From: Escherichia phage T2 | Strand: one strand, 5' to 3' | DNA: 64,000 nucleotides | Sequence record: NC_054931.1 | Part shown: positions 37,763 through 50,000 of the stretch, piece after piece | Numbering within the stretch: the stretch's first letter is position 1 | Layout of the letters: each line of letters begins with the position of its first letter | The notes under the pieces: model-generated | Told to the model about the DNA's origin: nothing | What the model saw: the letters and a program-made list of their open reading frames with translations, nothing else | The model's database searches: none | Position numbers and translations under genes: made by a program

Positions 37763-37795
37763 GGTAATAATATCACCACCCTATCTAAAAGTAAA
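37763..37795 (-). promoter_or_regulatory. T4-type early promoter
   Basis: Forward agtaaac at 37790-37796, 17-bp spacer, -10 rc TATTAT at 37767-37772. Confidence 0.55.
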
Positions 37796-37806
37796 CAGTT
37801 TATAAA

Positions 37807-38115
37807 CTATTTTATTCCGCGTGATGCAATTGTATTCTGCCGTTTAGCACCAGTTTGTTTAAAGTCATGATTGTCGATTTGATCGGTACGAGCAACTCCG
37901 AATGATGATTTGATCTTAGCTTTAGATCCTTTAGTTATAGAAATAAACATCTCGGAAGCCCCTTTCTTAAAGTCCGAGGCGATTACTTCAACGCCGTTCT
38001 TAGCAAGTGACTTCAGAATTGCCTCTGCATACTCATCGTCAAGACTCGTCTGAGTATTAATAACGAATGTCTTTGGCGCAGCCGCTTCATTGATAAATTC
38101 TTTAAATGTTTTCAT
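37807..38115 (-). CDS. Internal-protein-like (ipI-locus) protein with MKTFKEF leader
   Basis: 102-aa ORF MKTFKEFINEAAAPK...; leader with I-N-E cleavage-type motif; own early promoter. Confidence 0.6.
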   Translation of the reverse strand: MKTFKEFINEAAAPKTFVINTQTSLDDEYAEAILKSLAKNGVEVIASDFKKGASEMFISITKGSKAKIKSSFGVARTDQIDNHDFKQTGAKRQNTIASRGIK

Positions 38116-38199
38116 TTTATTTTCCTAATTAATTTTGATGAGGTAATAGTATCACAACTAAAACCCTATGTAAACAACTTTGTGAAATTATTTTAAATC
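38111..38199. repeat. Copy 1 of duplicated 89-bp regulatory/5' module (gene start, RBS, early promoter)
   Basis: Near-identical to 38438..38526 except a central ~20 bp. Confidence 0.7.
38146..38176 (-). promoter_or_regulatory. T4-type early promoter
   Basis: Forward tgtaaac at 38169-38175, -10 atagta at 38146-38151. Confidence 0.6.
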
Positions 38200-38437
38200 T
38201 TCTAATCGTTTCTTCATCTTAGAACCGTTCTTAGCGATTTCGCCTGCATCAGAGCATAATGCTAAAAGCGCTTTAACTTTAGTTTGGTCTCCTTTAAAAG
38301 ATGAAGGATCAACAGCAGCAAGTTCTTTAATACGAGAGAAAAGACGCTCAGCTTCAGCTAAAGCCATTCCAAGTTTTACTTCCATACCATGGGAAGATTC
38401 AGTAATAGTAGTTTTTGTAGCAAACTCTTTGAAAGTT

Positions 38438-38442
<5 letters not shown>
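38188..38442 (-). CDS. Internal-protein-like (ipI-locus) protein with MKTFKEF leader, paralogue of 37807..38115
   Basis: 84-aa ORF MKTFKEFATKTTITESSHG...; leader with I-T-E motif. Confidence 0.6.
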
Positions 38443-39211
<769 letters not shown>

Positions 39212-39212
<1 letters not shown>

Positions 39213-39937
39213 TATAGTACCTTTAGTGTATTTTTAATTTTAGAAAAAAGTTCTTCAATAGAACCATCGTTTGTAATTACTAAATCGCCATCACGAATTG
39301 GCAATCCAGCTTCTGTAATATGTGTATCATTGGATTTTTGACCAGGACGAACTACATGAATTACTGTAGCACCCATCGCCCTAGCCGCATCCATTTCATG
39401 ATCTTGACGGGTATCAGGAACGATATAATAATCATAACCTGAGTTAAATTTATCAAGATAATCTAAAGCAAATAATTTTACCCAGTACATGCGGTCGAAG
39501 TTATTAACAATCAAATCCGTACCTAGGGCTTGCATCAGACGACGGACTGACCATTGATCTTCAATATTATTTATAACGTCAGTAATCTTGTTAAATGCTA
39601 CGAAATTAACTGATTCTTTTCCTTCGTCATCAAAAACAAACACACCTTTAATTGGGCTTTTACCATTAAGATAGCAAAATGCTTGTTCCATAATCGTGAT
39701 TACTTCTAATTTAGTCAGATTTAAATTAGTCTCACGATCATAGTCAATTCCTTCAAACTCTTTACGAGTTAAGCAAGGATAGTCAGTGTTTGCTGCAAAT
39801 ACTCCCCATGCATAAGCCAATGCATCCTTAATAGGACCAGCAAGTTGGTATTTAACTGCAGAATAATTGCTCATGATAAAATCAGCAGTAGTATCTTTTC
39901 CACTACGCTTTACACCACTTAAAAAGATTAGTTTCAT
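39212..39937 (-). CDS. 1: Deoxynucleoside monophosphate kinase gp1
   Basis: 241 aa from MKLIFLSGVKRSGKDT (P-loop); ORF track start 39976 is 13 codons upstream. Confidence 0.85.
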
Positions 39938-39986
39938 GTGTTTCTCCTCAAATTTAATTAAGATTATAACACACAAAACTGAAGCA

Positions 39987-40517
39987 TTAAACTTCTGCTA
40001 TAATTTTTCCATCTTTTTCTACTTGAAAATAGGTGTAAGGAATCGTAGCTGTACATACTAAAGCCGGGTCTGAATCTTCTGTGTAGCTAAATTCTACTTC
40101 AGATAGGTCAGAAACCCAAGGCTTATAAAAATTTATTGACATCACGATTTCAGTTTTGCTATTATCTAAGATGTAAAGCGTAATGTACTCAGGACCTGTT
40201 TTTTGGGCAGTATTTTCACCTGTAAGATAGTTGCTAGTTCCTAGCATCCATTCATACATTCCTATCCATGACTTAAGTTCTTCATCAACTATAAATCTCA
40301 CAATGAGTGGATCGTACTCAAATGTAGCACCTGGACGTTGTGCTCGGCCCAGTCCAAACGGCCCAGTCACGGTATCAGTAACAGGTATTCTAATTCCTGG
40401 AATAGGAACTGACTGAGCATTTAAAGTAAAAGCAGATGTAGTATTACTATGTGGTATTGATACTACAAAGTTAGTTGTATTTGCTTGGTTAAAAATTTGT
40501 TGCAGAGCTTGCGACAT
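39987..40517 (-). CDS. 3: Tail completion / tail tube terminator protein gp3
   Basis: 176 aa from internal ATG (MSQALQQIFNQ...); ORF track 39987..40598. Confidence 0.8.
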   Translation of the reverse strand: MSQALQQIFNQANTTNFVVSIPHSNTTSAFTLNAQSVPIPGIRIPVTDTVTGPFGLGRAQRPGATFEYDPLIVRFIVDEELKSWIGMYEWMLGTSNYLTGENTAQKTGPEYITLYILDNSKTEIVMSINFYKPWVSDLSEVEFSYTEDSDPALVCTATIPYTYFQVEKDGKIIAEV

Positions 40518-40623
40518 ATATTCCTCATAATGCTTTATAACTGTTGGTGGTATAATGGGTCTAAGTCCCTTCCATTCAATTCCATTTAGAACAAACAACA
40601 GAAAAGAATGGAAGATAATAGAA

Positions 40624-41448
40624 TTAGATATTTGACCAGACTTTGTTTGCAGAGAAACGTTTTCCTTTTGAAACGAACTGCTGAAGTGGCATCAACACAA
40701 CGTTCGCCCAGTCTTTCGGGGCGATTTCAACAAGGCTACCCATAATATTACCAGGTATATACGCCTTAATCATTTGATCTGCACCTCTAAATCCTTTCAC
40801 TTGACTCCAATCAATTTTTAATTTCGTTTTATTAGTAATAGTAGGTGTATTTGCATATTGCTTTAAAAGCTCTTCTAGAAATTGCTGACGAGCTTTAGGT
40901 GGAATATAGTGCAAGTTCAATCCGTACATTAAATTATGCTTACCTAAACCAAGGTAAATTATCAAAGGAAATTTATCCCAATAAGGAAGAGTTTCCTTGT
41001 GTTTAGCATCATAAGCAAAAGCATATATTCGTCCCGGCTGCGGGCGAACAACTTTATGTCCTTTTACTTGCTTAATAGTTTCGGCAAACCACTTTCTGGT
41101 TTTATTATTAATTGCTGCACCTTCATTACGAATTTTATCACGCAATGTTTGTCTGAATGAATTTATCATAAGCAGTTGTCTTTCTTGCTTATTGAGTTTA
41201 TTCATTGGTTTTGATTCAAGTTTTTGAATCTTTTCAGCCGTTTTAATTCCTGAAGCATATTTTGACATTGCTGAAGTAAACGTAGAGTATTTGATTCCTC
41301 TTTCTTCAGCAAATTGCTTTCCTGTCATTCCTTTTGCTTTGGCCTTTTTGTATTCAAGACCTATCTGAATCCATTTCTTTTCGTTTAATGATTGCTTAAC
41401 CTTTGGAACTTGGGGAGTGCTTTCATTAATTATTTGAAAAATAGCCAT
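40624..41448 (-). CDS. 2: DNA end-protector protein gp2
   Basis: 274-aa ORF; T4 gp2 length and position. Confidence 0.85.
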
Positions 41449-41900
41449 TATGCCCCCTTAAAGCCAAGAGCTCGTAATCCATCTTCTGTTAGAATTCTAA
41501 ATTTTATTCCACGCTTTTCAGCTAAAGATTGTGCTGCTTTCCATTTGTCGGTATTAACAGAATATGTATAAATTTCATTCATAAATCTTTTCTTCGCTGC
41601 GGTTGTTAGATGTGCTGGTTTAACCGGTGGTTGTGTTTCTTTTTTAGGTTTTATTTCAATAAAAAATTCTTGCCCAGAAGAATCTTTCATCCAAATATCC
41701 ATGAAGTATCTACGTTTTTTCCCTTCTGCATTACAAAAATAAGGAATTACTGCTGTTTCACTACCCCATGCAATAATTTCTGGATTTTTATCTAACCATT
41801 CAAAAAAGAATTTTTCCCAATTTGATCTATACGTAATTTTTTTAGGGTCACCTCTATACTTTGATATATTTTTAGGAACCCATTTTCCAGAATATGCCAT
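41448..41900 (-). CDS. 4: Head completion protein gp4
   Basis: 150-aa ORF; T4 gp4 length and position; divergent from gene 53. Confidence 0.85.
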
Positions 41901-41911
41901 TGGATTCTCCT

Positions 41912-41919
41912 TATAAATA
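41912..41919 (+). promoter_or_regulatory. Late promoter TATAAATA upstream of gene 53
   Basis: Exact TATAAATA about 30 bp upstream of the gene 53 ATG; RBS AGGAGG. Confidence 0.7.
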
Positions 41920-41947
41920 GATAATATATTTATAAACAGGAGGGCCC

Positions 41948-42538
41948 ATGCTCTTTACATTTTTTGATCCGATTGAATATGCGGCCAAAACGGTGAATAA
42001 AAACGCGCCGACTATTCCTATGACAGATATTTTTAGAAACTATAAAGACTATTTTAAACGCGCTCTTGCGGGATACCGCTTACGTACTTATTATATTAAA
42101 GGTTCACCACGCCCGGAAGAATTAGCAAATACTATATATGGAAATACGCAGTTGTATTGGGTTTTATTGATGTGTAATGATAATTATGATCCGTATTATG
42201 GATGGATTACTTCGCAAGAAGCTGCTTATCAAGCATCTATACAAAAATACAAAAATGTGGGTGGAGACCAAATAGTATATCATGTGAATGAGAACGGTGA
42301 AAAATTTTATAATTTAATATCATACGATGATAATCCATATGTTTGGTATGACAAAGGCGATAAAGCTAGAAAATATCCTCAATATGAAGGAGCACTTGCT
42401 GCGGTCGATACGTATGAAGCGTCTGTTCTTGAAAATGAAAAACTTCGTCAAATAAAAATAATAGCAAAATCAGACATCAATTCATTTATGAACGACCTTA
42501 TACGTATAATGGAGAAATCTTATGGAAATGATAAGTAA
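41948..42538 (+). CDS. 53: Baseplate wedge protein gp53
   Basis: 196-aa ORF; first gene of the plus-strand baseplate operon. Confidence 0.85.
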   Translation: MLFTFFDPIEYAAKTVNKNAPTIPMTDIFRNYKDYFKRALAGYRLRTYYIKGSPRPEELANTIYGNTQLYWVLLMCNDNYDPYYGWITSQEAAYQASIQKYKNVGGDQIVYHVNENGEKFYNLISYDDNPYVWYDKGDKARKYPQYEGALAAVDTYEASVLENEKLRQIKIIAKSDINSFMNDLIRIMEKSYGNDK

Positions 42539-44249
42539 TAACCTTAATTGGTTTGTTGGTGTTGTTGAAGATAGAATGGACCCATTAAAATTAGGTCGTG
42601 TTCGTGTTCGTGTGGTTGGTTTGCATCCACCTCAAAGAGCACAAGGTGATGTAATGGGTATTCCAACTGAAAAATTACCATGGATGTCAGTTATTCAACC
42701 TATAACTTCTGCAGCAATGTCTGGAATTGGGGGCTCCGTTACTGGTCCGGTAGAAGGAACTAGAGTTTATGGTCATTTTTTGGACAAATGGAAAACTAAT
42801 GGAATTGTCCTTGGCACGTATGGTGGAATAGTTCGCGAAAAACCGAATAGACTTGAAGGATTTTCTGACCCAACTGGACAGTATCCTAGACGTCTAGGAA
42901 ATGATACTAACGTACTAAACCAAGGCGGAGAAGTAGGATATGATTCCTCTTCTAACGTTATTCAAGATAGTAACTTAGACACTGCAATAAATCCCGATGA
43001 TAGACCACTATCAGAGATTCCAACCGATGATAATCCAAATATGTCAATGGCTGAAATGCTTCGCCGTGATGAAGGATTAAGATTAAAAGTTTATTGGGAT
43101 ACCGAAGGATATCCGACAATTGGTATTGGTCATCTTATCATGAAACAGCCAGTTCGTGATATGGCTCAAATTAATAAAGTTTTATCAAAACAAGTTGGTC
43201 GTGAAATTACTGGAAACCCAGGTTCTATTACGATGGAAGAGGCGACGACTTTATTTGAGCGTGATTTGGCTGATATGCAACGTGACATTAAATCGCATTC
43301 TAAAGTAGGACCAGTCTGGCAAGCTGTCAACCGTTCTCGTCAAATGGCGTTAGAAAATATGGCATTTCAGATGGGTGTTGGTGGTGTAGCTAAATTTAAC
43401 ACAATGTTAACTGCTATGTTAGCAGGAGATTGGGAAAAAGCATATAAAGCCGGTCGTGATTCATTGTGGTATCAACAAACAAAAGGCCGTGCATCCCGTG
43501 TTACTATGATTATTCTTACGGGAAATTTGGAATCATATGGTGTTGAAGTGAAAACCCCAGCTAGGTCTCTATCAGCAATGGCTGCTACTGTAGCTAAATC
43601 TTCTGACCCTGCTGACACTCCTATTCCAAATGACTCGAGAATTTTATTCAAAGAACCAGTTTCTTCATATAAAGGTGAATATCCTTATGTGCATACAATG
43701 GAAACTGAAAGCGGACATATTCAGGAATTTGATGATACCCCTGGGCAAGAACGATACAGATTAGTTCATCCAACTGGAACTTATGAAGAAGTATCACCGT
43801 CAGGAAGAAGAACAAGAAAAACTGTTGATAATTTGTATGATATAACCAACGCTGATGGTAATTTTTTGGTAGCCGGTGATAAAAAGACTAACGTCGGTGG
43901 ATCAGAAATTTATTACAACATGGATAATCGTCTTCACCAGATAGATGGAAGCAATACAATATTTGTGCGTGGCGATGAAACTAAGACAGTTGAAGGTAAT
44001 GGAACTATCCTAGTTAAAGGTAATGTTACTATTGTAGTTGAAGGTAATGCTGACATTACAGTTAAAGGAGATGCTACCACTTTAGTTGAAGGTAATCAAA
44101 CTAATACAGTAAATGGAAATCTTTCTTGGAAAGTTGCTGGGACAGTTGATTGGGACGTTGGTGGTGATTGGACAGAAAAAATGGCATCTATGAGTTCTAT
44201 TTCATCTGGTCAATACACAATTGATGGATCGAGGATTGACATTGGCTAA
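42522..44249 (+). CDS. 5: Baseplate central spike / tail-associated lysozyme gp5
   Basis: 575-aa ORF; N-terminal OB region, lysozyme domain (MAEMLRRDEGLRLKVYWDTEGYPTIGIGHL), C-terminal beta-helix repeats (VEGNxT...). Confidence 0.95.
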   Translation: MEMISNNLNWFVGVVEDRMDPLKLGRVRVRVVGLHPPQRAQGDVMGIPTEKLPWMSVIQPITSAAMSGIGGSVTGPVEGTRVYGHFLDKWKTNGIVLGTYGGIVREKPNRLEGFSDPTGQYPRRLGNDTNVLNQGGEVGYDSSSNVIQDSNLDTAINPDDRPLSEIPTDDNPNMSMAEMLRRDEGLRLKVYWDTEGYPTIGIGHLIMKQPVRDMAQINKVLSKQVGREITGNPGSITMEEATTLFERDLADMQRDIKSHSKVGPVWQAVNRSRQMALENMAFQMGVGGVAKFNTMLTAMLAGDWEKAYKAGRDSLWYQQTKGRASRVTMIILTGNLESYGVEVKTPARSLSAMAATVAKSSDPADTPIPNDSRILFKEPVSSYKGEYPYVHTMETESGHIQEFDDTPGQERYRLVHPTGTYEEVSPSGRRTRKTVDNLYDITNADGNFLVAGDKKTNVGGSEIYYNMDNRLHQIDGSNTIFVRGDETKTVEGNGTILVKGNVTIVVEGNADITVKGDATTLVEGNQTNTVNGNLSWKVAGTVDWDVGGDWTEKMASMSSISSGQYTIDGSRIDIG

Positions 44250-44577
44250 TATACTTCCAATGAGCGCTGATTTAGGAGAATCCATGGAAGGTTCTTCTAT
44301 CGACGTCACCTTTACCGCTCAATTAGAAACAGGTGAAACGTTAGTATCTATAAATATAACTAGTTACGAAGAAACTCCTGGAGTTTTAGTAGAAGAAAAT
44401 CGCTTATATGGAACATATGAATCTGTATTTGGTTTCGGAAATGACGCGTTGAAATATCGTTTAGGCGATGAATTTAAAACTGCTGCTTCATGGGAAGAAC
44501 TTCCTACTGATTCTATACTCAGTTGTATTTGTGGAAAGCTCCTCAAAACCTCCAGAAGACATTCACTTACGAAGTAA
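44221..44577 (+). CDS. Hypothetical protein downstream of gene 5 (5.1-like)
   Basis: 118-aa ORF. Confidence 0.55.
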   Translation: MMDRGLTLANILPMSADLGESMEGSSIDVTFTAQLETGETLVSINITSYEETPGVLVEENRLYGTYESVFGFGNDALKYRLGDEFKTAASWEELPTDSILSCICGKLLKTSRRHSLTK

Positions 44578-44777
44578 CATTAATATATGACTACCAAGAA
44601 CAAAGTGAATCTGGAGGTTCTGGCAGTAATTCTAGGTCATCTTCTGATACTACTGAACCGACAGATCCTCCTGCTCCAGTAAGAAAAACTCTAGTTAAAA
44701 ATTATACTAAAACTATAGTTGGAAATTGGAGTCGTTGGGCTAATAAATTGAGAAGCTATGTGTATGAGAGGCCATAA
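44523..44777 (+). CDS. Hypothetical protein
   Basis: 84-aa ORF overlapping the preceding ORF by 55 bp; Ser/Gly-rich linker. Confidence 0.4.
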
Positions 44778-45071
44778 ATGTCAGGATTAAGTTATGATAA
44801 GTGTGTTACTGCTGGCCATGAAGCGTGGCCTCCAACAGTTGTGAATGCTACACAAAGTAAAGTATTCACTGGAGGAATTGCTGTTCTCGTAGCAGGCGAT
44901 CCAATTACAGAACATACAGAAATTAAAAAGCCATATGAAACACATGGCGGAGTGACACAACCCAGAACTTCTAAGGTATATGTCACTGGAAAGAAAGCTG
45001 TTCAAATGGCTGATCCAATATCATGCGGTGATACTGTGGCTCAGGCATCATCTAAAGTATTCATTAAATAG
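44778..45071 (+). CDS. 5.4: Spike-tip PAAR-like protein gp5.4
   Basis: 97-aa [46 protein letters not shown]... Confidence 0.85.
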
Positions 45072-45079
45072 GATTTAAA

Positions 45080-47062
45080 ATGGCAAATACCCCTGTAAAT
45101 TATCAATTAACAAGAACAGCAAATGCTATTCCCGAGATATTCGTCGGGGGTACGTTTGCTGAAATAAAACAAAACCTCATTGAATGGCTTAATGGCCAAA
45201 ATGAATTTTTGGATTATGATTTTGAAGGCTCAAGATTAAACGTTCTGTGTGACCTTTTGGCTTATAATACGCTGTACATTCAACAGTTTGGTAATGCTGC
45301 TGTGTATGAAAGCTTTATGCGTACTGCTAACTTACGAAGTTCAGTTGTTCAAGCTGCGCAAGATAACGGATATTTACCTACTTCAAAATCCGCTGCGCAG
45401 ACAGAAATTATGTTAACATGCACTGACGCATTGAATAGGAATTACATTACGATTCCTCGCGGAACTCGCTTTTTAGCATATGCAAAAGATACTTCTGTTA
45501 ATCCATATAACTTCGTTTCTACCGAAGACGTTATTGCTATTCGTGATAAAAATAACCAATATTTTCCGCGTTTAAAATTGGCTCAGGGACGTATAGTAAG
45601 AACTGAAATCATTTATGATAAATTAACACCTATTATCATTTATGATAAAAATATTGATAGAAACCAGGTTAAATTATATGTTGATGGAGCGGAATGGATT
45701 AACTGGACGAGAAAGTCAATGGTTCATGCTGGTTCAACATCAACGATTTACTATATGCGTGAAACTATTGATGGAAACACTGAATTCTATTTTGGCGAAG
45801 GTGAAATTTCTGTTAATGCTTCTGAAGGAGCTTTGACTGCTAATTATATTGGAGGTCTTAAACCTACTCAGAACTCTACGATTGTTATTGAGTACATCAG
45901 TACTAATGGTGCTGACGCGAACGGAGCAGTAGGATTTTCATACGCAGATACATTAACAAATATAACTGTCATCAATATTAATGAAAATCCAAACGATGAC
46001 CCAGATTTTGTTGGGGCAGATGGAGGCGGTGATCCAGAAGATATTGAGCGTATTCGCGAATTGGGTACTATTAAACGCGAAACCCAACAACGATGCGTAA
46101 CTGCGACTGACTACGATACATTCGTTTCAGAGAGATTTGGTTCTATTATTCAAGCAGTTCAAACTTTCACTGATTCTACTAAACCTGGGTATGCATTTAT
46201 TGCTGCTAAACCTAAATCAGGATTGTATTTAACTACTGTACAACGTGAAGATATTAAAAATTATCTCAAAGACTATAATTTAGCTCCTATTACGCCATCA
46301 ATTATTTCTCCTAATTATCTTTTTATTAAGACTAATTTAAAAGTCACATATGCTTTAAATAAGCTGCAAGAATCCGAACAGTGGCTTGAAGGTCAAATAA
46401 TTGATAAAATTGATCGCTATTATACCGAAGATGTAGAAATTTTTAACTCATCTTTCGCTAAATCTAAGATGTTGACATACGTAGATGATGCAGATCATTC
46501 TGTCATTGGTTCATCAGCGACTATTCAAATGGTTCGTGAAGTACAAAACTTCTATAAAACGCCTGAAGCGGGTATTAAATACAATAATCAAATAAAAGAT
46601 CGTTCTATGGAATCTAATACGTTTTCATTTAATTCTGGACGAAAGGTTGTAAATCCTGATACTGGTTTAGAAGAAGATGTATTATATGACGTTCGTATAG
46701 TATCAACAGACCGAGATTCTAAAGGAATTGGTAAAGTTATTATTGGTCCATTTGCTTCTGGCGATGTTACAGAAAATGAAAACATTCAGCCGTATACAGG
46801 CAACGATTTTAACAAATTAGCAAATTCTGATGGACGTGACAAATACTATGTTATCGGTGAAATAAATTATCCAGCTGATGTGATTTATTGGAATATCGCT
46901 AAAATTAATTTAACATCTGAAAAATTTGAAGTTCAGACTATTGAATTATATTCTGACCCAACCGATGATGTTATCTTTACTCGCGATGGTTCACTGATTG
47001 TATTTGAAAATGACTTACGTCCACAATACTTAACTATCGATTTGGAGCCTATATCACAATGA
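45080..47062 (+). CDS. 6: Baseplate wedge protein gp6
   Basis: 660-aa ORF, T4 gp6 length/position. Confidence 0.9.
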   Translation: MANTPVNYQLTRTANAIPEIFVGGTFAEIKQNLIEWLNGQNEFLDYDFEGSRLNVLCDLLAYNTLYIQQFGNAAVYESFMRTANLRSSVVQAAQDNGYLPTSKSAAQTEIMLTCTDALNRNYITIPRGTRFLAYAKDTSVNPYNFVSTEDVIAIRDKNNQYFPRLKLAQGRIVRTEIIYDKLTPIIIYDKNIDRNQVKLYVDGAEWINWTRKSMVHAGSTSTIYYMRETIDGNTEFYFGEGEISVNASEGALTANYIGGLKPTQNSTIVIEYISTNGADANGAVGFSYADTLTNITVININENPNDDPDFVGADGGGDPEDIERIRELGTIKRETQQRCVTATDYDTFVSERFGSIIQAVQTFTDSTKPGYAFIAAKPKSGLYLTTVQREDIKNYLKDYNLAPITPSIISPNYLFIKTNLKVTYALNKLQESEQWLEGQIIDKIDRYYTEDVEIFNSSFAKSKMLTYVDDADHSVIGSSATIQMVREVQNFYKTPEAGIKYNNQIKDRSMESNTFSFNSGRKVVNPDTGLEEDVLYDVRIVSTDRDSKGIGKVIIGPFASGDVTENENIQPYTGNDFNKLANSDGRDKYYVIGEINYPADVIYWNIAKINLTSEKFEVQTIELYSDPTDDVIFTRDGSLIVFENDLRPQYLTIDLEPISQ

Positions 47063-50000
47063 CAGTAAAAGCACCTTCAGTCACTAGTCTCAGAATTTCC
47101 AAGTTATCCGCAAATCAGGTGCAAGTACGCTGGGATGACGTTGGTGCTAATTTCTACTATTTTGTAGAAATCGCTGAGACAAAAACAAACTCGGGGGAAA
47201 AACTCCCGAGTGATCAATATCGTTGGATTAATTTAGGATATACAGCAAATAATAGTTTCTTTTTTGATGATGCTGATCCATTAACAACATACATTATTAG
47301 AGTAGCCACAGCTGCGCAAGATTTTGAGCAGTCTGACTGGATTTATACAGAAGAGTTTGAAACTTTTGCTACAAATGCTTATACATTTCAAAACATGATT
47401 GAAATGCAATTAGCCAATAAATTCATTCAGGAAAAATTTACTCTTAATAATTCTGATTATGTTAATTTTAATAATGACACTATAATGGCTGCATTGATGA
47501 ATGAATCGTTCCAATTCAGCCCATCATATGTTGATGTTTCATCAATCAGTAATTTTATTATTGGTGAAAATGAGTATCATGAAATACAAGGTTCTATTCA
47601 ACAAGTATGTAAGGATATTAACCGAGTTTATTTGATGGAATCAGAAGGGATTCTATATCTTTTTGAGCGTTATCAACCTGTAGTTAAAGTATCTAATGAT
47701 AAAGGACAAACCTGGAAAGATGTAAAGCTCTTCAATGACCGTGTAGGATATCCTTTATCTAAGACTGTATATTACCAATCTGCAAACACAACATACGTTC
47801 TAGGATACGACAAGATTTTCTACGGCCGTAAATCTACTGATGTTAGATGGTCCGCTGATGATGTTAGATTTAGTTCACAGGATATAACATTCGCTAAACT
47901 TGGTGTTCAATTGCATCTAGGATTTGATGTAGAAATTTTTGTCACTTATGCGACTTTACCTGCGAATGTATATCGAATTGCAGAAGCTATTACCTGCACG
48001 GATGATTATATCTATGTTGTTGCCAGAGATAAAGTTAGATACATAAAAACGAGTAATGCACCTATAGATTCTGATCCATTATCTCCAACATATTCGGAAA
48101 GACTTTTTGAACCTGATACCATGACTATAACTGGAAATCCTAAAGCAGTATGTTATAAAATGGATTCTATTGGTGATAAAGTTTTTGCTCTTATTATTGG
48201 TGAAGTTGAAACATTAAATGCCAATCCGAGGACTTCAAAAATAATTGATTCCGCTGATAAAGGAATATATGTTTTAAATCATGACACAAAAACATGGAAA
48301 AGAGTTTTCGGTAATACTGAAGAAGAAAGAAGACGCATTCAACCCGGATATGCGAATATGTCAACTGACGGTAAATTAGTTTCTCTGTCTTCGAGTAATT
48401 TTAAATTTTTAAGTGATAATGTTGTTAATGACCCTGAAACTGCAGCAAAATATCAGTTAATTGGCGCTGTTAAATATGAATTTCCTCGTGAATGGTTAGC
48501 TGATAAGCATTATCATATGATGGCATTTATAGCTGATGAAAAATCTGATTGGGAGACTTTTACTCCTCAACCAATGAAATACTACGCAGAACCGTTCTTT
48601 AACTGGTCTAAAAAATCTAACACACGTTGTTGGATAAACAACTCTGATAGAGTTGTAGTAGTTTATGCTGATTTAAAATACACCAAAGTTATAGAAAATA
48701 TTCCGGAAACATCGCCAGATAGATTAGTTCATGAATACTGGGATGATGGTGATTGCACTATAGTAATGCCAAATGTTAAATTCACTGGATTTAAAAAATA
48801 CGCATCAGGAATGCTTTTCTATAAAGCCTCTGGTGAAATAATTTCTTACTATGATTTTAACTATCGTGTGAGAGATACAGTAGAAATTATTTGGAAGCCA
48901 ACTGGAGTATTTTTAAAAGCATTTTTACAAAACCAAGAGCATGAGACTCCTTGGTCACCAGAAGAAGAGCGTGGATTAGCTGACCCAGATTTAAGACCAT
49001 TAATTGGCACAATGATGCCTGATTCTTATTTGCTACAGGATTCGAATTTTGAAGCATTTTGCGAAGCATATATTCAATATCTTTCTGATGGATACGGAAC
49101 TCAATACAATAATTTACGGAATCTTATTCGTAATCAGTATCCACGAGAAGAGCATGCATGGGAATATTTGTGGTCAGAGATATATAAAAGAAACATTTAT
49201 TTAAATGCTGATAAACGCGATGCTGTTGCGAGATTCTTTGAATCACGTAGCTACGATTTTTATTCTACTAAAGGAATTGAAGCATCATACAAGTTTCTTT
49301 TTAAAGTTCTTTATAATGAAGAAGTTGAAATTGAAATTGAATCTGGGGCTGGTACTGAATATGACATAATCGTTCAATCTGATTCTTTGACTGAAGATTT
49401 AGTAGGACAAACGATTTATACGGCAACAGGAAGATGTAATGTTACTTATATAGAAAGAAGCTATTCTAATGGTAAATTGCAATGGACCGTAACTATTCAT
49501 AATCTTTTGGGAAGATTAATTGCTGGTCAAGAAGTTAAAGCAGAAAGACTCCCTAGTTTTGAAGGCGAAATTATTCGTGGCGTTAAAGGAAAGGATTTGC
49601 TTCAAAACAATATAGACTATATTAATAGAAGTAGATCATACTATGTAATGAAAATTAAATCCAATTTACCTTCTTCCCGCTGGAAATCTGACGTTATTCG
49701 TTTTGTTCATCCAGTAGGATTTGGATTTATAGCAATTACCCTTTTAACAATGTTTATTAATGTTGGTTTAACTCTTAAACATACAGAGACTATAATTAAT
49801 AAATACAAAAACTATAAATGGGATTCTGGATTGCCTACTGAATACGCTGATAGAGTAGCTAAATTGACTCCAACTGGCGAAATTGAGCATGATTCAGTAA
49901 CAGGCGAAGCAATTTATGAGCCTGGCCCAATGGCTGGTGTAAAATATCCTCTTCCTGATGACTATAATGCTGAAAATAATAATTCAATATTTCAAGGTCA

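Noticed and set aside
43950-44200. Periodic nucleotide repeats in gene 5
   Set aside because: They encode the beta-helix repeats (VEGNxT/VKGN) of the gp5 spike; a protein-level repeat, not a mobile or regulatory DNA repeat.
44221-44777. Possible frameshift joining the 118-aa and 84-aa ORFs downstream of gene 5
   Set aside because: The ORFs overlap by 55 bp, but I cannot show protein continuity or recall the expected T4 gene sizes here; kept as separate ORFs.
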